Assembly: GCA_016789685.1 (NCBI GenBank) | Contig: JAEUQQ010000397.1 | Location: 1 to 49,563, forward strand | Source of the DNA: Acidobacteriota bacterium | Lineage (GTDB): Bacteria > Acidobacteriota > Vicinamibacteria > Vicinamibacterales > JAFNAJ01 | Direction of reading: 5' to 3' | DNA length: 49,563 nucleotides | Shown here: positions 1 through 9,043 of the stretch, piece after piece | How positions within the stretch are numbered: position 1 is the first letter of the stretch | How the letters are laid out: the number at the start of each line of letters is the position of its first letter | The notes under the pieces: generated by a model | The model's input: only the letters and a program-made list of their open reading frames with translations | What the model was told of the DNA's origin: nothing | Database searches by the model: none | Made by a program: the position numbers and the translations under genes

Positions 1-1138
1 GCAGCCGGATCATGTAGCGGCGTGCGATGGCGTAGCGCGTCGAGTGGATATCGACGAGGCGGACGCGCGCGCGGCCGGTCTTGGCGTCGAGCATCTCCGA
101 GAAGGGCACGGCCACGAAATGGCCGCCCTGCATCGAGATCATCGCCGCGTTGCCCCCCGACAGCAGGTACTTGGTCGCGCAGTAGCCGAGATCGCGCGTG
201 TACTCCATGTCCATCGGGATCGGATCGGCGCAGCGGAGCTCGTAGCCGATGTTCTTGGCCGCGATCGTCGTCTTGAGGCCGAACTGGGCGAGGCGCTTCT
301 GGACTTCGGCCTTGAGGATCTCGCCGATGTTGACCTCGGCGATGCGCACGTGGCCGTGCTCGTCGCGTTCGACGTCGGGCAGGTGCGCGAGGTCCTCGGC
401 GCTCAGGTCGAGCACGAGACCCTCGGCGATCACCGCGACGCCGTCGCGGCGGCCGTAGCTGAGGCGCTTGATGATCGCGCCCACCAGCGTGTCGACGATG
501 TGCTGGAGGCGGACGGGGCGGCCCGAGAACTCCTCGGGAATCAGCGTGAGCGTCGCGCCGGCCGACTTCCCGATGCCGAGGGCGAGGTGCCCCGCCTTGC
601 GTCCCATCGCGATCACGAAGTACCAGCGCGACGTCGTCTTGGCGTCGACCATCAGGTTCTTGACGATCTCGACACCGTGGTGCCGCGCGGTCTGGTAGCC
701 GAACGTGTCGACGTGCGCGGGCAGCTCGAGGTCGTTGTCGATCGTCTTCGGCACGTGGACGACGTGGATGCGTCCGCCGGCCTTCTGCTCGAGCATCATC
801 GCCGAGAACATGGTGTCGTCACCACCGATGGTGATGAGCGACGACACGTTGAGCCGCAGCAGCGAGATGACCACGTTCTCGAGGTGCTGCGGGTTCTTGG
901 TCGGGTTGGCGCGCGAGATGCCGATGTGCGATCCGCCGCGGAAGTGGATGCGGCTGATCTGATCGATGTCGAGCGGGATCACGCGGTCGATGTTGCCCTG
1001 CATGATCCACTCGAACCCATCGCGGATGCCGACGACCTCGACATCTTCGAGGCGTCCGCGGATGGTGGCGGCGCTGAGGACGGAGTTGATGCCGGGTGCC
1101 GGACCGCCCCCGACGAGAATGGCGAGTCGCTTGGTCAC
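1..1138 (-). CDS. pfkA: 6-phosphofructokinase, PfkA family (3' end runs off the left window edge); signature residues suggest the PPi-dependent type
   Basis: Absent from the ORF track because no stop lies inside the window. My minus-strand translation from GTG at 1138 gives VTKRLAILVGGGPAPGINSV...TIGGDDTMFSA...HVPKTIDNDL...AMGRKAGHLAL...GYELRCADP. The Asp in GGDD and the Lys in PKTIDND are, as I recall, the residues that separate PPi- from ATP-dependent PFKs. Confidence 0.88.
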   Translation of the reverse strand, partial: MTKRLAILVGGGPAPGINSVLSAATIRGRLEDVEVVGIRDGFEWIMQGNIDRVIPLDIDQISRIHFRGGSHIGISRANPTKNPQHLENVVISLLRLNVSSLITIGGDDTMFSAMMLEQKAGGRIHVVHVPKTIDNDLELPAHVDTFGYQTARHHGVEIVKNLMVDAKTTSRWYFVIAMGRKAGHLALGIGKSAGATLTLIPEEFSGRPVRLQHIVDTLVGAIIKRLSYGRRDGVAVIAEGLVLDLSAEDLAHLPDVERDEHGHVRIAEVNIGEILKAEVQKRLAQFGLKTTIAAKNIGYELRCADPIPMDMEYTRDLGYCATKYLLSGGNAAMISMQGGHFVAVPFSEMLDAKTGRARVRLVDIHSTRYAIARRYMIRL

Positions 1139-1175
1139 GGTGGCGATCCTACTTCCAGCGAAGCGTTTCGCTCAA

Positions 1176-1214
1176 GCCTTCGACTCGCCTTCGACTCGCT
1201 GCCTTCGACTCGCT
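1176..1214. repeat. Short tandem repeat, three copies of GCCTTCGACTCG(CT), next to REP copy A
   Basis: Direct reading gives gccttcgactc gccttcgactcgct gccttcgactcgct. It is intergenic, between the aroG stop and the pfk start. Confidence 0.7.
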
Positions 1215-1239
1215 GCGCTCGCTCAGGCCAGGGCGAGGG

Positions 1240-1282
1240 GGGGTCACATCTTTCTTCATCACATTTCGCACGCTCTGACCCC
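1240..1282 (+). repeat. 43-nt REP-like element, copy A (single unit)
   Basis: GGGGTCACATCTTTCTTCATCACATTTCGCACGCTCTGACCCC, with 7-nt terminal inverted repeats GGGGTCA/TGACCCC. It is 37-42/43 identical to five other copies (B, C, F, G, H). Confidence 0.9.
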
Positions 1283-1386
1283 GGTCGATGGCCCGGACCG
1301 GCATCAGCGGCGGCGCCTGGCCGCGAGACCGACGCCGGGGCGGCGTGACAGGGCGCTGGGGGGCGGTCGATGTGCCCGAGAGGGAT

Positions 1387-2457
1387 TCAGGCAGGACGCA
1401 CCAGGCCCCGCGCCTGCCGTGCACGCGCGAGACGCTCGAGGATGGGGCCCGTTTGTTCCAATGAAATGCAGGCATCCGTGATGCTCTGGCCGTAGACGAG
1501 GCGCCGGCCCGCGACGACGTCCTGGCGGCCCTCCACGAGGTGGCTCTCGAGCATCGCGCCGAGAATCCGCCACGATCCGGCGGCGACCTGGTCGGCAATC
1601 GACGCGCCGACCGCCACCTGGCGGGTGTGGTCCTTCTGGCTGTTGCCGTGCGAGCAGTCGATCATCACAGCCTCGGGCAGGCCCTGGGCGGCGAGCCTGG
1701 CGCAGACCTCGCTCACGCCATGTGCGTCATAGTTGGGCCCGGTGCGCGTCCCCCCCCGGAGGATCACGTGGCAGGTGTCGTTCCCGGTGGTCTCGAAGAT
1801 GGCGCAGATGCCCTGCTTGGTGACCGACGGAAAGAGGTGCGACGAGCGTGCCGACAGCACGGCGTCGACGGCCGACTGCGTGTTGCCGTCGGTGCCGTTC
1901 TTGAACCCGACGGGCATCGAGAGTCCCGAGGCGAGTTCGCGGTGCACCTGGCTCTCGGTGGTGCGCGCGCCGATGGCGACCCACGACGTGAGGTCGGCGA
2001 TGTGCTGCGGAATCTGGGTGTCGAGGAACTCCGACGCGGTCGGCAAGCCCAGATCGTTGACGTCGAGCAGCAGTTGCCGCGCCAGTCGCAGCCCCTTGTT
2101 GATCTGGAAGCTCTCGTCGAGGTTGGGGTCGTTGATCAGGCCCTTCCAGCCCACCGAGGTGCGCGGTTTCTCGAAGTACGTGCGCATGACGACGATGAGG
2201 TCGTCGGCGTAGCGGCGGGCGAGGACGAGGAGGCCCTCGGCATACTCGAGGGCGGCCGAGGTGTCGTGGATCGAGCAGGGGCCGGCGATCACGACGAGCC
2301 GGGAATCGCGTCCGCCGACAACGTCGCTGATGGCCTCGCGTGTCGAGGCGACGATGTTCGAGGCCCGGTCTGAGACGGGAATCTCCTCGAGGAGGATGGC
2401 GGGCGGAATGAGGGGCCTGACCTGCGTGATACGCAGGTCGTCGGTGCGTCTGAACAT
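1387..2457 (-). CDS. aroG: 3-deoxy-7-phosphoheptulonate (DAHP) synthase, class I
   Basis: ORF 1387..2508. The product MFRRTDDLRITQVRPLIPP...VIAGPCSIHD...KPRTSVGWKGLINDP...IGARTTESQVHRE...GFKNGTDG...IDCSHGNS is typical of AroG/F/H. I trimmed the start to ATG 2457 because the longer ORF reads into a REP unit (MKKDVTPP). Confidence 0.93.
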   Translation of the reverse strand: MFRRTDDLRITQVRPLIPPAILLEEIPVSDRASNIVASTREAISDVVGGRDSRLVVIAGPCSIHDTSAALEYAEGLLVLARRYADDLIVVMRTYFEKPRTSVGWKGLINDPNLDESFQINKGLRLARQLLLDVNDLGLPTASEFLDTQIPQHIADLTSWVAIGARTTESQVHRELASGLSMPVGFKNGTDGNTQSAVDAVLSARSSHLFPSVTKQGICAIFETTGNDTCHVILRGGTRTGPNYDAHGVSEVCARLAAQGLPEAVMIDCSHGNSQKDHTRQVAVGASIADQVAAGSWRILGAMLESHLVEGRQDVVAGRRLVYGQSITDACISLEQTGPILERLARARQARGLVRPA

Positions 2458-2476
2458 GTTGTGCAACAGGATAGGG

Positions 2477-2583
2477 GGGGTCACATCTTTCTTCATCACA
2501 TTTCGCACGACCTGTCCCCGCTGACCTCGCCGGCGGGCGTGGGGTCAGAGCGTGCAGAAAGTGATGAAGAAAGATGTGACCCC
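2477..2583. repeat. Inverted pair of 43-nt REP-like units (copies B 2477-2519 and C 2541-2583, 21-nt spacer), REPIN-like
   Basis: B is GGGGTCACATCTTTCTTCATCACATTTCGCACGACCTGTCCCC. C is the reverse complement of the same consensus. The pair lies between the divergent aroG and decarboxylase starts. Confidence 0.9.
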
Positions 2584-2604
2584 TCCTATACTCCCGCTGC
2601 CGAC

Positions 2605-4053
2605 ATGACGAAACGGACACTCATCGCGCACCTCCGCCGCCTCGAGCGCGCCGCACGCCCCCTCGAGCCGCGCGCGGCCGAGCGGCGACGCCTCCGCAAT
2701 GCCGTCATCGCCTCGACCGAACAGTTCCTCGAACGCCTCGATGACGTCGGCGCCTACGTCGAGACCGCCGACAAGGGCCTCGGACTTCTCGATGCCCCCA
2801 TCCGCGACACTGGCATCTCGATCGCGCAGGCCCTCGCCCACGTCGAACACGATGTCGTCAGGCCGGGCGGCCAGCCGGCGGCCCCGGGCTACCTGGCCTA
2901 CATCCCCGGCGGTGGCCTCTACCACTCGGCCCTCGGTGACTACATCGCGGCCGTCACGAACAAGTACGCGGGCATCTTCTTCGCCGGCCCGGGGGCCGTG
3001 CGGATGGAGAACCTGCTGCTGCGCTGGGTCGCCGACCTCGTCGGATACCCGGCCTCCGCCGGCGGCAACATCGCCTCGGGCGGAAGCATCGCGAACCTCA
3101 TCGCCGTCGCCACCGCGCGCGACGCCCACGGCATCTCGGGCGCATCGACGGCCTCCGCGGTCGTCTACCTCACGACGCAGGCGCACCACTGCATCGAGAA
3201 GGCCCTCCGCCTCGCGGGCCTCGGCGACGTGCGCCTGCGCCACGTGGCGCTCGACGCACGGTATCGGATGGACCCGGAGGCCCTCGCAGGTGCCATCGCC
3301 GACGACCGCGCGCAGGGCCTGCGGCCGTGGATGGTCATCGCGGCGGCGGGCACCACCGACACGGGCGCGGTCGATCCACTCGAGGCCATCGGCGACATCG
3401 CCAGGCGCGAGGGGTGCTGGTTCCACGTCGACGCGGCGTACGGCGGCTTCTTCCTGCTCACCGAACACGGCCGCGCGATCATGCGCGGCATCGAACGCTC
3501 CGACTCGGTGGTGCTCGATCCGCACAAGACGCTGTTCCTGCCCTACGGCAGCGGCATCGTCCTGGTGCGCGATGCGGCACAACTCGAGACGACGCATCGC
3601 TACATGGGGCACTACATGCAGGACGCCCTGCGCGAGCCCGGCGACGTGTCGCCGGCCGAGGTGTCGCCGGAACTGACCAAGCACTTCAGGGCGCTGCGGA
3701 TGTGGCTGCCCCTGGTGCTGCTCGGCACGCGTCCGTTTGCGGCAGCGCTCGACGAAAAGCTGCTGCTGGCGCGGTACTTCCGCGCCGAGGTGCAGCGACT
3801 CGGCTTCGAAGTGGGCCCGGAGCCCGATCTGTCGGTGGTGACCTACCGCTGGGCGCCGCCCGGCGCGACGCTCGACGAAGCCAACGCGCTCAACCAGGCC
3901 ATCGTCGAGCGGGTGAAGCACGACGGGCGCGTCTTCCTCTCGTCGACGATGCTCGACGGACGCTTCACGCTGCGCCTGGTGGCCGTGTCCTTCCGCACCC
4001 ACCGCAGGACGATCGACCTCGCCCTCGACGTCCTGTCGTCGAGCCTCCCCTGA
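2605..4053 (+). CDS. Pyridoxal-phosphate-dependent decarboxylase, group II (aromatic amino acid / tyrosine decarboxylase-like)
   Basis: ORF 2461..4053 trimmed to ATG 2605 (MTKRTLIAHL), downstream of the REP pair. Motifs: GGSIANL, HVDAAYGG, and DPHKTLFLPYG containing the PLP lysine. Confidence 0.88.
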   Translation: MTKRTLIAHLRRLERAARPLEPRAAERRRLRNAVIASTEQFLERLDDVGAYVETADKGLGLLDAPIRDTGISIAQALAHVEHDVVRPGGQPAAPGYLAYIPGGGLYHSALGDYIAAVTNKYAGIFFAGPGAVRMENLLLRWVADLVGYPASAGGNIASGGSIANLIAVATARDAHGISGASTASAVVYLTTQAHHCIEKALRLAGLGDVRLRHVALDARYRMDPEALAGAIADDRAQGLRPWMVIAAAGTTDTGAVDPLEAIGDIARREGCWFHVDAAYGGFFLLTEHGRAIMRGIERSDSVVLDPHKTLFLPYGSGIVLVRDAAQLETTHRYMGHYMQDALREPGDVSPAEVSPELTKHFRALRMWLPLVLLGTRPFAAALDEKLLLARYFRAEVQRLGFEVGPEPDLSVVTYRWAPPGATLDEANALNQAIVERVKHDGRVFLSSTMLDGRFTLRLVAVSFRTHRRTIDLALDVLSSSLP

Positions 4054-4141
4054 GGGGTCACGTCTTTCATTGCAGCAAAAATCAAGACGTGTCCCCGCGG
4101 GGTCAGGTCTTGAGAAATGCTGCAATGAAAGACGTGACCCC
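4054..4141. repeat. Inverted pair of variant 43-nt REP-like units (D 4054-4096, E 4099-4141, 2-nt spacer); likely bidirectional terminator hairpin
   Basis: D is GGGGTCACGTCTTTCATTGCAGCAAAAATCAAGACGTGTCCCC. The reverse complement of E shares its first 24 nt exactly. The pair abuts the decarboxylase stop (4051-4053) and sits 6 nt from the ggt stop (4148). Confidence 0.85.
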
Positions 4142-4147
4142 GCCGCG

Positions 4148-5968
4148 TCAGTAGCCCATCGCGTAGCCGGTGCGGCGGGGATCGGCGCCGGCGGTCATGG
4201 CGCCGGTCACGGGATCGATCCGGATTGCCTGCACGTGCCCGATCGATCCCCAGCCGGGGAGCACGTCGATCGTGTGTCCCATCGCGCGCAACGCCTCGAT
4301 TGTCGCCGGCGGGAGCCGGCTCTCGACCTGCACCGTGACCGCGGCGCCAGGCTTGTAGAAGTTGGGCGTCGCCACGAGCGCCACGCGCGGCGCCTCGATC
4401 GCCTGCTGCACCGGCATGGCGAAATCGATCAGGTTGACCAGCACCTGGAACTGCGTCTGCCCGATCGTCTCGCCCCCCGGCGTGCCGAACACGAACCGCA
4501 CCTTCCCACCCTCGAGCACCAGGATCGGCGAGTTGTTGAGGATCGGCACCTTCCCGCCTCCCACGAAATTGGCATCGCCGGGATACGGCGAGGTCGAGCC
4601 GAGCCGCATGCCATTGTTGAGCAGCAGGCCCGTCGTGCCCACGACCACGTTGTTGCCGAACAGCCCGCCCAGCGTCGGCGTGACGCCGATGGCGTTCCCG
4701 AACCGATCGACGATCGAAAAACTCGTGGTGTGCTGCTCGGGATCGTAGTCATCGGGATAACCTGCCGCCCCGCCGCCGCGCACCGCCGGGATCACCACGC
4801 CGCCCGGCGTGCCCGGCTCGGGAAACACACCCGCCCGCGCCGGATCGATCAGGGCGCGCCGCTGCGCCGCGTACGCCTTCGACAGCATCGCGGTCGTCGG
4901 GATGGTCGTGAACAGCGGATCCGCGACGTAGCGGTAGACATCGGACTTGGCGACCTTGATCGCCTCGACGACCGCATGCACGGCACCCGCCGACCCCGCG
5001 CCGGCGGCACGCAGATCGGTCGCCTCGACGAGGTTGGCCTGCATCAGCACTTCGTAGCCACCCCGCGAGGTCGAGATGTTCCCGTACACGTCGAAGCCGC
5101 GATAGGTCGCGTGCAGCGGCTGACTCCACGTGGGCCGGAATGCGGCGAGATCCGCCGCGGTCAGCAACCCGCCGTTGGCCCTGAAGAACTGGTCGATCTC
5201 CTGCGCGATGTCGCCCGTGTAGAACCGATCGTGCGCCGCCCTGATAGCGCCTGAACGCGACGCGCCCGCCTCGAGTGCGCGCCGCTCGGCCTCGACGAGC
5301 TTCCGCAGCGTGGCCGCGTAGTCGGGATTCCTGAACATGTCGCCTGCCTTCAGCGGAAGTCCGCCCGGAAGGAACAGGCGCGCTGTCGTCGGATACTTCG
5401 ACAGGTTGGCCTTGCCGCGCGCGATGTTCTCGGCCAGCGGCGGCTCGATCGGATACCCGCGCTCGGCAAACGCGATGGCCGTGGCGCTCACCTCGGCGAT
5501 CGACCTGGTACCGAACCGATCGAGCAGGGCGAGATAGCCGCCGAGATTGCCGGGCACGATCCCGGCCTTCATGCCCGCATTGAGCTCGTCGGCGGTGAGC
5601 GCCCCGCCCACGACCGCCTTCGGCGCCGCGCCGGCCATCGACAGCGAGAGTACCGTGGCGCTCTTCGCGTCGTACAGCATCGCGAAGCCGTTGCCACCGA
5701 TCCCGTTCATCTCGGGCTCGGCCATGGCGGCCGTCAGGCCGACGGCCACGGCCGCATCGAAGGCGTTCCCGCCCGCGATGAGGATCTGCAGCCCGGCCGA
5801 CGACGAGATGGGATGTCCGGTCGTGACGAGCCCGTGCAGGCCGGCCACCGCCGGACGTGTCTGCACACGCCGATCCGACGCCGGCGCCTCGGCCGCCTGC
5901 TGCTGGGCGAGCAGCGACGGTACCGCCAGCGCCAGTGCCACCCCCGCAACGAGCCACATGCGACGCAT
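4148..5968 (-). CDS. ggt: Gamma-glutamyltransferase (secreted/periplasmic precursor)
   Basis: ORF 4148..6496 trimmed to ATG 5968 (MRRMWLVAGVALALAVPSLLAQQ, a signal peptide; GAGGTG lies upstream). Family motifs: GGNAFDAAVA, EPEMNGIGG, the autoprocessing Thr region EQHTTSFSIVD, and FGTPGGETI. Confidence 0.92.
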   Translation of the reverse strand: MRRMWLVAGVALALAVPSLLAQQQAAEAPASDRRVQTRPAVAGLHGLVTTGHPISSSAGLQILIAGGNAFDAAVAVGLTAAMAEPEMNGIGGNGFAMLYDAKSATVLSLSMAGAAPKAVVGGALTADELNAGMKAGIVPGNLGGYLALLDRFGTRSIAEVSATAIAFAERGYPIEPPLAENIARGKANLSKYPTTARLFLPGGLPLKAGDMFRNPDYAATLRKLVEAERRALEAGASRSGAIRAAHDRFYTGDIAQEIDQFFRANGGLLTAADLAAFRPTWSQPLHATYRGFDVYGNISTSRGGYEVLMQANLVEATDLRAAGAGSAGAVHAVVEAIKVAKSDVYRYVADPLFTTIPTTAMLSKAYAAQRRALIDPARAGVFPEPGTPGGVVIPAVRGGGAAGYPDDYDPEQHTTSFSIVDRFGNAIGVTPTLGGLFGNNVVVGTTGLLLNNGMRLGSTSPYPGDANFVGGGKVPILNNSPILVLEGGKVRFVFGTPGGETIGQTQFQVLVNLIDFAMPVQQAIEAPRVALVATPNFYKPGAAVTVQVESRLPPATIEALRAMGHTIDVLPGWGSIGHVQAIRIDPVTGAMTAGADPRRTGYAMGY

Positions 5969-6030
5969 CACGATCACCTCGAGTCGTTTCAGGAAGGCGC
6001 CATCCCTTGCAGGCTGCCGTCGGCCGCACG

Positions 6031-7125
6031 TCACAGCAACAGGGCTTCGACGCGGTAGGCATAGAGCCGCGCCGTCGTCTTCGACCACACGAACACGGTA
6101 AAACGGCCATCCTGCGATGCCACCAGCGCGATCGCGCTGCGCTGGTCGTGCACGAACTGCGCCGCCGACATGTGCCGCGTCCCGCCAAGCTGCGAGGTCG
6201 TCAGCACCTGTGGCGGACGTCCCGCGATCGGCTCGGTCAGCGTCACCTGCTCGATGGGCGGGGATCCGCGGCGGCGCACGATCTTCGCGCCAAACGCCAG
6301 CAACTCGTAGCTGTCGGTGATGACCGTCGCGCCATCGACGGCCGTCAGGCCGGCAATCGCGTCTACCGACGCGCGCAGTGACGCCTGCCAGGCCGGCGTG
6401 TGCTCTTCGTGCAAGCCGACCTCGACCAGCGTCGACAGGCTGCGATACGCCGGCGACACGGCGTACGCCATCGGCGTCACCACCGACTCGCGCCATCCGT
6501 CAGACGCCGCCGGCACGATGAGCAGCGATCCGCCGCGCCGGTGCGCCCGCATCGACACCGCGAGCTGCACGAGCACGTTGATCGATCCCGACCACGACGA
6601 GGGCGCCACGAGCCCGAGCAGCGAGGTCAACAGCGCCGGGCAGTCGGGCAGGTCAGACGCCGACTCGTCGACCAGCTTCACCTGGTCACCTGCCAGCACG
6701 GCGACGTTGACGTACTTTCCCGCCCCTTCACCGCGATGGTGCTTGACGACCAGCAGCCCCGGCTCCACGTTCTCGAGCACGAAGCAGTACTGCGGGACCG
6801 ACAGCGTCGTGCCCCACACCTGCAAGCCATCGGGGCCATGCCACACGCCGAAATGAATCCCCGGACGCTCGACGATGGGCGCGAGCTTGGCGAGGCCTCC
6901 CGGCGTGAACGGCAGGGGGCGCTCGAAGCGCATCGCGTGCATCGCCTGGTCGGGCGAGAGGTAGGCCACCGAAATCGTCGGGAAGTAGCCCTCTTCGCGC
7001 CTCAGGCTGGCCCAGAACGTCACGTTGACGATCTCTTCGATCACCGCCGTGTCCGGGACCGGCGCCAGCAGGTCGCCGGGCGCGGGTTCGAGGCCCTCGA
7101 TGTGCTTCGCGAAGTACGCGTGCAT
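6031..7125 (-). CDS. DAC (DisA_N)-like domain protein with an N-terminal putative sensor domain (DACNV-like architecture)
   Basis: This is the C-terminal part of track ORF 6031..9180, which is inflated by read-through of the antisense of the neighbouring kinase. The C-terminus ...LTAVDGATVITDSYELLAFGAKI...LGGTRHMSAAQFV...IALVASQDGRFTVF resembles the DGA / GTRHRAA motifs of diadenylate cyclases. Start taken as ATG 7125; an in-frame GTG at 7185 is an alternative. Confidence 0.7.
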   Translation of the reverse strand: MHAYFAKHIEGLEPAPGDLLAPVPDTAVIEEIVNVTFWASLRREEGYFPTISVAYLSPDQAMHAMRFERPLPFTPGGLAKLAPIVERPGIHFGVWHGPDGLQVWGTTLSVPQYCFVLENVEPGLLVVKHHRGEGAGKYVNVAVLAGDQVKLVDESASDLPDCPALLTSLLGLVAPSSWSGSINVLVQLAVSMRAHRRGGSLLIVPAASDGWRESVVTPMAYAVSPAYRSLSTLVEVGLHEEHTPAWQASLRASVDAIAGLTAVDGATVITDSYELLAFGAKIVRRRGSPPIEQVTLTEPIAGRPPQVLTTSQLGGTRHMSAAQFVHDQRSAIALVASQDGRFTVFVWSKTTARLYAYRVEALLL

Positions 7126-7272
7126 CAGCGGCGCAGCGATGCGGGCAGCGGGATAGGCGTCTCGGGTCGCGGCGTCCTGGGGCACGGCGCCCCGATCATA
7201 GCGCCACGCGCGATCCGGGGCCGGCCGGCTCAACCGCTCACGCCCCGTCGCCCCGGGTCCGATACTCCGGAT

Positions 7273-9033
7273 ATGGGGGACTCCCGGGCCTCGGCGCACG
7301 ACCTGCCGTACTGGCGCGAGCGCATCCTGCGTGCGCTGCTCGTGAGCACCTGCTGGTTCGGGGCCGTCGCCTACGTGCCCAGCGTCTGGCTGGCCGTGGT
7401 CAACGACCTCTGGGTCATCGTCGTGGCCGACACGATCGTGTACGCGTCGGTGGTCGGCATCACGCTGTGGCCCCGACTGTCGTCGCGCGTGCGCACCTGG
7501 ACGATGACGGCCCTGGCCTACGCGCTCGGTGTCGTGCTGATCCTGGTCGTCGGTATCGCCGGCAGCGGCCTGATCTGGCTGGCGTGCGCGCCGGTCTTCG
7601 CGGCCATCGTGCTCGGGCTCCGTGCGGCCATCCGCATGCTCGTGCTCAACGCGTGCACCATGGCGGCCCTGCTCGGCGCCATGGCCGCAGACCTCTTCCA
7701 CTACGCCCCAGACACCCTGTTTGCCGACGGCGGATTCGCGAACTTCGTCGTTGGCGCCGCCAATGCCTCGCTGCTCAGCACCGCCGTCGCGTGGTCGATC
7801 GGATCGCTGCTGCGGGGCCTCGAAGAGAGCCAGGCGCAGTTGCGGAAGGAGATCGACGACCGCATCGCGGCCATGGCCGAGCGCGAGCGCCTCGAGCAGC
7901 AACTGCGCGAGGCGCACAAGCTCGAGGCCGTCGGCCGGCTCGCCAGCGGGATCGCGCACGACTTCAACAACCTGCTGGTGCCCATCCTCGGCAACGCCGA
8001 GGAACTGCAGCGTCACGCGGCTCCGGGCAGTCACCAGGCGTCGGCCCTGGCCGACATCGTCACGTCGGCCGAGCGCGGCCGCAGCCTCGTCGATCGCGTG
8101 CTGACCTTCAGCCGCCGCGCCTCGACGCCGCCTTCGCCGGTGCGCCTGGCCGACGTGGTGCGCGACGCCGTCCAGTTGCTCCGTGCCGGGCTGCCACCCT
8201 CGATCGAACTCGTGCAGGCGCTCGGCGAACTCGACGCGATCGTGATGGCCGACCCGATCGAACTCCACCAGGTCGTCATGAACCTCGGCACGAACGCGGC
8301 CTACGCGATGCGCGATCGCGGCGGCCGCCTGACATTCGGCCTCGTCGCCGATCCAGGCGGCGACAGTGTCACGCTCCATGTGCGCGACACGGGCACCGGC
8401 ATGACGCCCGAAGTACGCGCCCGCGCGTGCGAACCGTTCTTCACCACGAAGCCCGCAGGCGAAGGCTCGGGGCTCGGCCTGGCGACGGTGCATGCCGTCG
8501 TCGCGTCGCTCGAGGGACGCCTCGCCATCGACAGCGTGCCCGGCAAGGGAACGGTCGTCAGCATCACGCTCCCGCGCCTGCGTGGCGAGGTGCCGGCCGA
8601 GTCGCTCGCGTCGATGCTGGTGCCCGCAGCTGCGCCCGCGCCGCGCGCCGCGCGGCACGCCCGCGTGCTCATCGTGGACAACGAGCCGCTGGTCCTGAAG
8701 CTGTGCGCGACCGTCCTGACGCGCATGGGGTACGCGGTCACGGCCATCGGCGATCCGCAGGAGGCGGCCACCTATGTCGTCGAGCGCGCCTCCGAAATCG
8801 ACCTGCTGCTCACCGACAAGACCATGCCAGGCTTCAGCGGGCTCGAGCTGTCGTCGCTCGCGCGCACGGCGAACCCGTCGCTGCCGATCGTGCTCGCGAC
8901 GGGGTTCCTCGATGACGCTGCGCGGGTCGAGGCGGCGGCGATGGGCATCACCCGGGTCATCGCGAAGCCCTATCACGCCGCGGATCTCGGCAGGGCGGTG
9001 CGCGACGCGCTCGAAGCGCGGGCGAAGGGGTAG
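7273..9033 (+). CDS. Hybrid sensor histidine kinase (about 6 TM N-terminal domain, HisKA, HATPase_c, C-terminal receiver)
   Basis: ORF 6400..9033 trimmed to ATG 7273 (MGDSRASAHDLPYWRE). About six hydrophobic helices are followed by the H-box GIAHDFNNLL, the N box NLGTNAAYAM, the G boxes DTGTGM / GSGLGL, and a receiver VLIVDNEP...DLLLTDKTMPG...AKP. Confidence 0.9.
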   Translation: MGDSRASAHDLPYWRERILRALLVSTCWFGAVAYVPSVWLAVVNDLWVIVVADTIVYASVVGITLWPRLSSRVRTWTMTALAYALGVVLILVVGIAGSGLIWLACAPVFAAIVLGLRAAIRMLVLNACTMAALLGAMAADLFHYAPDTLFADGGFANFVVGAANASLLSTAVAWSIGSLLRGLEESQAQLRKEIDDRIAAMAERERLEQQLREAHKLEAVGRLASGIAHDFNNLLVPILGNAEELQRHAAPGSHQASALADIVTSAERGRSLVDRVLTFSRRASTPPSPVRLADVVRDAVQLLRAGLPPSIELVQALGELDAIVMADPIELHQVVMNLGTNAAYAMRDRGGRLTFGLVADPGGDSVTLHVRDTGTGMTPEVRARACEPFFTTKPAGEGSGLGLATVHAVVASLEGRLAIDSVPGKGTVVSITLPRLRGEVPAESLASMLVPAAAPAPRAARHARVLIVDNEPLVLKLCATVLTRMGYAVTAIGDPQEAATYVVERASEIDLLLTDKTMPGFSGLELSSLARTANPSLPIVLATGFLDDAARVEAAAMGITRVIAKPYHAADLGRAVRDALEARAKG

Positions 9034-9043
9034 CGCTCCACGG

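Noticed and set aside
44-1348. 434-aa plus-strand ORF covering the left end of the window
   Set aside because: Its composition (runs of D, E, R, A, V, L with no recognisable motifs) is typical of the antisense frame of a high-GC gene. The opposite strand encodes an unmistakable phosphofructokinase.
2461-2604. N-terminal extensions of several ORFs encoding MKKDVTPP or GGHIFLHHISH peptides (also at 1387..2508, 3327..4154, 13321..13503, 18282..19943)
   Set aside because: These peptides are just translations of the 43-nt REP units in different frames. The real starts lie downstream of the repeats.
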